A DNA stretch of 64,000 bases from a bacterium (GTDB taxonomy: Bacteria > Bacillota > Clostridia > Oscillospirales > Acutalibacteraceae): NCBI GenBank assembly GCA_963649715.1, contig CAVJIV010000003.1, positions 75,817-139,816 on the forward strand, in the 5' to 3' direction. The translations under genes and the position numbers were made by a program. Numbering within the stretch: position 1 is the stretch's first letter; the number at the start of each line of letters is the position of its first letter. The notes under the pieces are model-generated. The model worked only from the letters and a program-made list of their open reading frames with translations, searched no databases and was not told the DNA's origin. Shown here piece after piece: positions 36,018 to 44,800 of the stretch.

Positions 36018-36045
36018 AAGAGTCGCTTGGGCGGCTCTTTTTTTA
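36018..36045 (+). terminator. Intrinsic terminator after the tRNA
   Basis: AAGAGTCGCttggGCGGCTCTT followed by TTTTT. Confidence 0.75.
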
Positions 36046-36147
36046 TTTGTGGTTGGGTGAAGCGAGGAGGAGAAAAAAGAAAAAATAACGCAGAAAAGGA
36101 CAGCAAAGAAAACTATGCATTTTTTGAGAATTATATAGGTTTTAAGC

Positions 36148-36176
36148 TTTACATTTACGATTAAATATGTTATATT
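36148..36176 (+). promoter_or_regulatory. Candidate promoter of the kinase/STAS/MATE/NRPS operon (TTTACA-17-TATATT)
   Basis: TTTACA at 36148-36153, a 17-nt spacer, then TATATT at 36171-36176. A CACTTCacaatagGGAAGTG hairpin follows in the roughly 85-nt leader. Confidence 0.45.
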
Positions 36177-36255
36177 ATCATTAAATTAGCACTTCACAAT
36201 AGGGAAGTGTTGTCATTTGCCGTAGGAAATCAAACCGGTATCCTGAAAGCGAGGG

Positions 36256-36669
36256 ATGATTATGTGCTCTCTTTGCGTTGAGGCGATAAAGGAAAACCTG
36301 AGCGATGTTATCGATTTTGTCACGAAGCAGCTCGGCGAAGACGCTGACGAAAAAATCCGTTTTGAATTTGAGCTGATTTGCGAGGAGATTTTCGTCAACA
36401 TTTGCAGCTACGCTTACGGCGAAAAAATCGGCGAAGCAGAAATCAAAATCGACAAATCGCCGGACGGAATCGTTATAAAATTTATTGACGGCGGCAAGGA
36501 ATTTGATCCGCTTAAAAAGCCGAATCCCGACATTGAAGCTCCGCTTGAGGATCGATGCAGCGGGGGTCTTGGGATATTTATCACAAAGAAATTATCCGAC
36601 CGGCTTCTGTATAAAAGAGAGGACGGCAGGAATGTTCTGACGGTTATAAAGGCAACGCCGCACAGGTGA
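36256..36669 (+). CDS. RsbW/SpoIIAB-like anti-sigma-factor-type serine kinase (HATPase_c)
   Basis: 137 aa, or 135 aa if the second ATG at 36262 is used, which fits the GAGGGA RBS better. N box EEIFVN, G1 IDGGKEFDP and G2 SGGLGIFITKKL are all intact. Confidence 0.8.
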   Translation: MIMCSLCVEAIKENLSDVIDFVTKQLGEDADEKIRFEFELICEEIFVNICSYAYGEKIGEAEIKIDKSPDGIVIKFIDGGKEFDPLKKPNPDIEAPLEDRCSGGLGIFITKKLSDRLLYKREDGRNVLTVIKATPHR

Positions 36670-36736
36670 GCCTTTGCTGACCGCCGAACGAAATACAGCA
36701 AATTTTCGCCAATTCAGCTCACTGGAGGTAAAATAT

Positions 36737-37045
36737 ATGGAAATCAACAAAGCTATCAGCAACCAAAATGTTATCATCACGCTTAAGGGTCGCCTTGACA
36801 CAATGACGGCTCAGCAGCTTATCGGTGAGATAAGCGACATTGATTATGACGAGGTGGAAACCGTAACGCTCAATTTTAAAGACCTTGAGTATATTTCAAG
36901 CTCGGGACTGAGAGTTATTCTCTCGCTTTACAAAAACCTCAAAAGCAACGGCGGCAGCCTGAAAATCGTCAATGTCAACAATATGATAATGGAGCTTTTC
37001 TCGATGACGGGAATGCGTGATTTTCTTGATATCGAGCAGGCATAA
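36737..37045 (+). CDS. STAS-domain anti-sigma-factor antagonist (SpoIIAA/RsbV-like)
   Basis: MEINKAISNQNVIITLKGRLDTMTAQQL...FKDLEYISSSGLRVILSLYK, which carries the conserved phosphorylatable serine context. ATG at 36737 after GGAGG. Confidence 0.88.
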   Translation: MEINKAISNQNVIITLKGRLDTMTAQQLIGEISDIDYDEVETVTLNFKDLEYISSSGLRVILSLYKNLKSNGGSLKIVNVNNMIMELFSMTGMRDFLDIEQA

Positions 37046-37059
37046 GCCAAGGAGTTAAA

Positions 37060-38817
37060 ATGAGCAGTACGACACTTGGCAGGAACGCCGTGACCGTCAA
37101 CAAAAAATATGCGGAATATTTTCTTCCGACGGTTCTGACGGCTATGGCAACAAATATTGCAACGATCGTTGATTCGATCATTGCCGGAAATCTTCTCGGA
37201 CAAAGCGCACTTGCGGCAATCAGCCTTATGTCGCCGATTTCTCAGCTTTATTTTTCAATCACGATTCTTTTCGGGCTGGGAGCGTCCTCTATAATTTCTT
37301 TTGCAAAAGGAAAGCGAGACGACAAGCAGGCGGATAGGGTTTTCACTTCGACCTTTATCGTGCTCGTTGCGCTCAGCGTGATTTTTATCGCAGTTCAGCT
37401 GCCGCTGGCGGATACGATATGCTCCCTCCTGACGCAGGACGCAGAGCTGAAATCATTGCTGTATCAATACTATGTTCCTTTCATAATAGGAACACCGGTC
37501 TATCTTTTGCTTATGTGCTCCGTTTATTTTGTCAGGGCGGACGCAAGACCCAAGTTTGCTTCAAACATTGTGATTATCGCCAATGCTGTAAAGCTGGGAC
37601 TGGACTATCTTTTTATGGGCGCATTGAAGCTCGGCATTGCCGGCTCGTCGATTGCAACCGTGCTGGGATATATCGTCGGCTTTGTGATAATGTCAACGCA
37701 CTTTATAACGAAAAAAAGCACGCTTCATTTTGATTTTTCAATTCTCGGAAATCCGCCCGAATTTTTCAAATCTCTCGGCAGAATGACGACGATTGGAGTT
37801 TCGGGTGCGCTCGGAACGATGCTCATAGCGGTCAAAATGCTGTTTTTGAATACAATTATTCAGAGCGCGGGCGGAAGCGCAGGCATGGTTTCCTATTCCG
37901 TATGCTCGTCAAGCCAAATCTTTATGTCGATGTTTATCACGGGCGCAAGCCAAACGATGATACCGATCATCGGAGTTTGCCTCGGCGAAAAGGACTATGA
38001 CGGAGTTCGCTATGCGTTCCGCAAGGCGGCAAGGGTGCTTGCCGTTTCGAGCGTTGTGATCATGCTGTTCCTGTGCGCAGCTCCCGAACCGATAATCAAA
38101 TTTTTCGGAATAAACTCTCCCGAGGATATTGCAAACACGGTTCCGGCGCTGAGGATCAATGCGATATCCTTCCCCGGAATGGCGTTCTCATTCCTGCTGC
38201 TTTATTACTATATGGCAACGCAAAAAAGAGCGATTTCAACCGCAATTTCGGTTATAAACGGAATAGTTATAATCATACCGTCGGCGTTGATTCTTTCAAA
38301 ATTTTTCGGTATCACGGGCGTTTGGCTTTCGCTTGTTGTGTCGCAGTTCGGAACGCTCGTCGTCGTTTATTTCATCGACCTCGTCGAAAAGAAAAAATCC
38401 GGTGGAAAATATAAAAGCTTCTATCTTCTTGAAGAAACGGAGGATAACGAGATCCTTTCGCTTTCGTTTAAGGGAACAAAGGAAAATGCGGCAGGCGTTT
38501 CGCTCTATCTTTCCTCTTTCCTTGCGAAGAACGGAATTGAGGAGCTTCGTGCGAACAGAATTGCGGTCGCCGTTGAAGAGATGGCAGCCGACTGCGCAGA
38601 AAGAATGAAAAACAAAAAGAAAGACGCCGACATTGATATAAGAATTTTTTCCGACAGGGACGGAACCGTTATTTCGGTTCGTGATAACGGCGAGGAGTTC
38701 AATCCGCTCGACGGTGAAAAGCAGGAGCCGAATCCGCTCAGCGTCGTGAAAGCGATTTCGGAAAAAGTGGAATATTCGCGAGTAATCGGTTTTAACCGTA
38801 CAATAATTAAACTTTAA
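37060..38817 (+). CDS. MATE family efflux transporter fused to a C-terminal degenerate RsbW-like (HATPase_c-type) domain
   Basis: Residues 1 to about 440 form a 12-TM MATE protein (FLPTVLTAMATNIATIVDSIIAGNLLG...). Residues from about 455 to 585 align with the 36256 kinase (AVEEMAADCAERM / ISVRDNGEEFNPL / SRVIGFNRTIIKL). It is one uninterrupted ORF. Confidence 0.85.
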   Translation: MSSTTLGRNAVTVNKKYAEYFLPTVLTAMATNIATIVDSIIAGNLLGQSALAAISLMSPISQLYFSITILFGLGASSIISFAKGKRDDKQADRVFTSTFIVLVALSVIFIAVQLPLADTICSLLTQDAELKSLLYQYYVPFIIGTPVYLLLMCSVYFVRADARPKFASNIVIIANAVKLGLDYLFMGALKLGIAGSSIATVLGYIVGFVIMSTHFITKKSTLHFDFSILGNPPEFFKSLGRMTTIGVSGALGTMLIAVKMLFLNTIIQSAGGSAGMVSYSVCSSSQIFMSMFITGASQTMIPIIGVCLGEKDYDGVRYAFRKAARVLAVSSVVIMLFLCAAPEPIIKFFGINSPEDIANTVPALRINAISFPGMAFSFLLLYYYMATQKRAISTAISVINGIVIIIPSALILSKFFGITGVWLSLVVSQFGTLVVVYFIDLVEKKKSGGKYKSFYLLEETEDNEILSLSFKGTKENAAGVSLYLSSFLAKNGIEELRANRIAVAVEEMAADCAERMKNKKKDADIDIRIFSDRDGTVISVRDNGEEFNPLDGEKQEPNPLSVVKAISEKVEYSRVIGFNRTIIKL

Positions 38818-38865
38818 GCAGTCGCCGAACAGACGGGGACTGCATAACGAACGGAGTTGACCATA

Positions 38866-41800
38866 ATGGAAAATTTGACTGAAATGCTTGACGCCTGCAA
38901 GGAAGAAAAAAGGGAGCTTTATCCGCTCACGCCCAGTCAGATGGGAATTTATCTTTCGTGTATGCACAATCCGCAGGGCACTATGTACAATATTGCCTGC
39001 TCTTTCCGTTTTGATAAGGGAGAGATCGACCTTGACAGATTGAAGATGTCTGTCAAAAAAGCGGTTGACAATCACCCCATTACCAAGGCTTTTATAGATA
39101 ATTCCACGGGAAGTCCGATGATGAAGCTTCGCAGCAGCATTGATATTGACATTCCCGTTATGCAGGTTGACGACCTTGAAAAGGCTGCCGAGGATTTCGT
39201 AATACCGTTTGACCTCGAAAATGATGTTCTTGTTCGTTTTGTCGTTTTTGAATGCGGCGACAAAGACATGTTTGTCATGAATCTTCACCATATTATTTTT
39301 GACGGCACATCGGTTACGGTATTTTGCGACGATATTTCGCTCGCCTACGACGGAAAAGAGCTTCCGCCGGAAAAATTCACGCAGCTTGAGCTGGCTGTTT
39401 TTGAAGAAAAGCTTGAAAGCACCGAGACTTACCGAGAGTCAAAGGAATATTACGACAATATTTTCTCCGCCGTTGAAGAAAAATCTGAAATTACGGAGGA
39501 TTTTGCCGAAAAGCCCGAGCTTGAGGACAAGCCTGCCGCCCTCTTTGAGGTGACGACGGAGGGCAGATTTTCCGTTGACGCCGTGCGCAGTTTTGCACGG
39601 GAGCTCAATATAACCCCCTATACCGTCTTTCTCGGCGCATATGAATACGCAGTCGCAAAGTTCACCAATCAGAACGAGGCGACCGTGTGCACCGTTACCC
39701 ACGGCAGATTCGACAAGAGGCTTGCAAACACCGTCGGAATGATGGTTCGCACTCTTCCGATGCACGCAGATATTGACGAGGAAACCTCCGTCTGCGATTT
39801 CCTTAAAAATGTGCGTAAGAGCATAACCGAAACCGTCAAAAACGATTATTACCCGTTCATGAAGCTTGCGGCGGACTATGACCTTTCCGCCGACATTATG
39901 ATGGCTTATCAGGGCGGCAATATATTGAATTCGATCAAGCTCGGCGATCGATCCTTTAAAATAGGGCTTTTGCCGTTCAAGAGCGCCCTTGCAAAAATAA
40001 ATGTTATGGTGTTTGAATCGGGCGAAAATTTCACCCTGCGCTTTGATTACAGAAGCGATTTGTTCAGGGAGGAAACCATCCGCTCGTTTGCCGATTCATT
40101 CATAACGATAATCGAACAGTTCCTTGAAAAAGAAAAGCTTTGCGAGGTCGAGCTTGTGAGCAAGCAGCAGCTTGCCTTGCTTGACAGCTTCAACAAAACC
40201 GAAGTCCCGTATGACGAGAGCAAGACGATTGTCGATTTGTTTGAGGAGAGCTGCAAAAAAGCTCCCGAAAATATCGCCGTTGTTTATAAAGAAAAGAAGC
40301 TTACCTATGCCGAGGTAGACGAAAGCACGGATCGCATTGCCGGCTTTGTTCATTCAAAGGGTATCGGCAAAGAGGATGTTGTTGCGATCCTCATTCCGAG
40401 ATGCGAATATATGCCGATCGCAGCGCTCGGCGTTATGAAGGCGGGAGCTGCTTATCAGCCCCTTGACCCGTCATATCCGACCGAAAGATTGCAATTCATG
40501 GTCAAGGACGCAAACGCAAAGCTCTTGATTGCGGACGAGGGTCTGCTCGAGCTTCTGCCGAATTACGAGGGCGAGATTCTTCTCACAAAGGATATTCCGA
40601 GCCTGCCGAAGACGATTCCCATGTCCGAGAGGCCGTCACCGGAGGATTTGTTTATCCTTATCTACACCTCCGGCTCAACGGGCACTCCCAAGGGAGCTAT
40701 GCTTGAGCATCGGAATTTGCACGCAATGTGCAGAACCCATATAAGAAATTATGATATTACTGCTGACAGCATTTGCGCATCATATGCCAGCTACGGCTTC
40801 GACGCCTGCCTTATGGAGATGTACTGCCCCCTTGTTGTCGGTGCGCCGCTCCATATTATTGATGAGGATATCAGGCTCGACCTTGTTAAGCTGAACCGAT
40901 ATTTTGAGGATAACGGTATCACCCAGGTCTTTATGACAACGCAGGTTGCAAGACAGTTCGCAACCGAGATCGAAAACCATTCGCTCAAGCATCTCATAAC
41001 CGGCGGAGAAAGGCTTGTTCCGCTTGAGCCGCCGAAGAATTTTGAGCTTGTCAATATTTACGGTCCGACGGAGTGTATAGTTTATATCACATCGCAGAGG
41101 GTCGATAAGCTCTACGACAGAGTCCCAATCGGAAAAGCGGTTGATAATGTCAAGCTTTACATAATCGATAAATACAACAGGCGGCTTCCCGTCGGCGCAT
41201 TGGGCGAGCTTTGCGCTTCGGGCAATCAGGTTTCAAGAGGATATCTCAACCGTCCCGAGCAGACCGAAAAGGTATACGGAAAGAACCCCTACTGCGATGA
41301 AAAGGGCTACGAAAGATTTTATCACACGGGCGATATCGTTCGCTTTACCGATGACGGCAAGGTGGACTATATCGGCAGAAATGACGGTCAGGTAAAGATC
41401 AGAGGCTTCCGTATCGAGCTTTCCGAGGTCGATAAGATTATCCGCAATTACGATGGAATTACCAATTGCGCCGTGGTTGCCAAGGCTCTTGAGGGCGGCG
41501 GACAGTGCATTAACGCATACATTGTTGCCGACAGAGAAATCGACATTCAAAAGCTCAACGAGTTTATTCTGGAGCACAAGCCGCCGTATATGGTTCCCGC
41601 CGCCACGATGCAAATCGACGCAATTCCGCTCAATGTAAACGGCAAGCTCGACAGGCGCAAGCTTCCCGAAATCAAGACGGAAGCCGCCAAGAAGAAAAAT
41701 TCCGCACCGAGAGAGCTTACCTTCCTCGAAAAGAAAATTTCGGGCATTGTGGAAAAGGTCATCGGACACAATGATTTTGATGTTTCCGAAAATCTCATCA

Positions 41801-44800
41801 ACGCCGGCATGACCTCACTTTCCGTCATCAAGCTCGCAGTTGAGCTTAACAAGGCTTTTGGATTTGAGTCGCAGGTTAAAAAGATGATGAAGGGCTGCTC
41901 GATTCTTTCGATAGAGGATGAGCTTCAGGAGTTCATTTTCAGCGGCGCGATGAAGACACAAGCCGCCGAGGCAAAAGAGAAGAAAGAGCGCAAGGCTTTT
42001 TATCCGCTCTCAAAAACTCAGCTCGGCGTGTATATCGACTGCATGAAAAATCCGTACAGCACGATTTATAATATCCCGTCCGTTATCACTTTTTCAAAAT
42101 CAACCGATTCGCAAAAGCTTGCCGATTGCATTGCCCGAATCATCAAGGCTCACCCATACATCATGACGGGGCTTACGCTTGAGAACGACGAGATCGAGCA
42201 GAAATATGTTGACTCGGCAGAGCCGGACATCTCCGTAAAGAAGCTTACGGAGGAGCAGCTTGAAGCATACAAAAAAGATTTTGTGAAGCCGCATAATCTG
42301 ATGAAATCGCCGTTGTTCAGAATTTCCGTTGTCGAAACGGAAAAGGCTGTTTATCTGCTTTGGGATTTCCACCACATTATCTTTGACGGAGCGTCCGTCG
42401 CCTTGTTCCTTGAGCAGCTCAAGACCTTGTATGAGGGCGGCGAGATCGAGCCTGAGGATTACACATACTTTGACTATGTTGAAGATGAAACAAAGGCGGA
42501 AAACGGAGAAAGCTACAAAAATGCGGAAAAATTCTTCGACGATATGATGGAGGATTTTGAATCCGCAAGCGAAATTACGGCAGACCTCCGAGGCCATGCG
42601 ACGGACGGCAGACTTGCTTCGCAGGCAGTTCCCGTGGATATGGCAAGGGTAGAAAAATTCTGCTCTGAAAACGGAGTTACGCCGGCTCACCTTTTCCTTG
42701 CCGGAACATTCTATGCCGTTTCAAGATTTGTGAATAGCAGGAATGTATATATAAGCACAATCAGCAACGGCAGGAGCGATATACGGCTCACAAACTGCTT
42801 CGGTATGTTTGTAAAAACTCTTGCGCTCGGAATCGAGGTTGAGGATATAACCTCACTTGACTTTGTCCGAAAGAGCAAGGCGGTTTTCACGGGGGCGATA
42901 GAGAACGAGATTTATCCCTATACCGAGCTTTGCACAAAATACGGCTATGCGCCGAACATCATGTACGAATATCAGCTCGGCGTTGTTGACGAAATGAAAA
43001 TAAACGGCGAAGCGGTTCTCTGCGATTACCTTGAAATGGACACGGCAAAGTTCAAAACGGCCGTTCATATCGAGGAGCACGAGGGCAAGCCGAGCGTTGT
43101 GGTTCAGTATAACGATGCGCTTTACAGCGGCGAGATTATGAAAACGCTTGCAAAATCCGTTCTCTGCGCCGTTGAGCATATAATCGAAAACCCGAACGGA
43201 AAAATCAGAAAGGTTTCGCTTCTTGATGACGATGCGCTGGCGCAGCTTGACCGCTTCAAATCCAGCGAGATTGTTCCCGTCGAAACAAAGATACTTCATA
43301 AAATGATAGAGCAGCAGGTTGCCAAAACTCCCGAAAGGATTGCATTGGTTGCCTGCGACGGCAAGCTGACATACAAAGAGCTTGACCGCCTTGCAAATAT
43401 CACGGCAAACTCCCTCATCGAAAGGGGAATCAAAAAGGGCGGAAAAGTTCTCCTGTTGCTCAGCAGAACCTCAAGGTTCTTCACCTCGCTTCTCGGCGTT
43501 CTCAAGGCTGGCGGCGCATTCATTCCGTCGTGTCCGGAATATCCGAAAGAGCGAATAGAAAGCATTATTGAGGATAGCAACGCCGACTTCGTTATCACGG
43601 AGGGCGAGCTGCTCGACAGATACGAAAGAACCGTTGACGCTGCGGAGCTTCTTTCCGGCACGAACGACAGCAACCCGGGCGTTGAGGTTCAGCCCGAGGA
43701 TCTTGCATATCTTATCTATACCTCAGGATCAACCGGCAAGCCGAAGGGCGTTATGCTCCGTCATATAGGCATCGCAAACTACCTTGCATACAGCAAGGCG
43801 AATATTCAGGGCAAGACGGTTATTGAAAGCTGCCATACATACGGCTCGGTAACAACCATCAGCTTTGACCTGTCGCTCAAGGAAACCTTGCTTTCGTTCT
43901 GCCACGGACTTACGCTCGCCTTTGCAAGCGACGATCAAACGCTCAATCCCGTTGCGCTTGCAAAGTTCTTTAAAGAAAACAATGTTGATGCGTTCAACTC
44001 TACGCCGTCACGACTTTTGCAGTATATGGAGCTTGAAGAGTTCACACAGGCAATGGCAAACTGCAAGGCGATACTTTCCGGCGGCGAAAAATATCCAGAC
44101 AAGCTGTTGAAGATCCTGCGGGAAAAAACAAACGCAACTATCATCAACACATACGGTCCGACGGAGATCACCGTTTCCTCAAACGCAAAAGATCTCACAA
44201 ATGCGGATGCTATCACGGTCGGCAGACCGCTGCGCAATTACACGGAGTATATCGTTGACGCGGACGATAATCTTCTTCCGGTCGGAGTTGTCGGCGAGCT
44301 TCTCATTCAGGGCTGCGGCGTGGCGCTCGGCTATATGAATCTTCCCGAACAGACGGCGAAAGCCTTCGTTGAATTCAAGGGCGAACGCACATACCGCTCC
44401 GGCGACTATGCAAAATGGACGGCAGACGGCGAGGTTGTTATTCTCGGCAGAACAGACAATCAGGTTAAACTGAGAGGACTGCGCATTGAGCTTGGCGAGA
44501 TTGAGAAATGTCTGACGGCTCTTGACGGAATCAAAACCGGAATTGCGCTTATAAGAAAGGTCGGCAAAACCGACGCCATCTGCGTTTACTACACGGCGGA
44601 AAGGCAGCTTGACCCGGAGGACATCAAGGCTCAGCTCAAGAAAACCCTTACGGATTATATGGTTCCGAGCGCATATGTTCAGCTTGACGCAATGCCGCTC
44701 ACCCCGAACGGCAAGGTCAACACAAAGGCTCTCCCCGAACCGAAGCTTGACAAGGCGGGAAGCGGACAGCTTCCGAAGAACGAGCTTGAAAAGACATTCT

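Noticed and set aside
35976-36164. 62-aa ORF (MQVHEGSSPFSCTRK...)
   Set aside because: It starts inside the variable arm and T-arm of tRNA-Leu and reads through its terminator. It is an artefact.
36256-37045. Kinase + STAS as an ordinary sporulation (spoIIAA-spoIIAB-sigF) or sigma-B locus
   Set aside because: The gene order is reversed, with the kinase first. No sigma factor gene follows. The next genes are a MATE fusion and an NRPS, so the classical annotation does not fit.
38296-39291. 331-aa minus-strand ORF spanning the MATE/NRPS junction
   Set aside because: It is antisense to two strongly supported genes and crosses their intergenic RBS region. It has no recognisable family.
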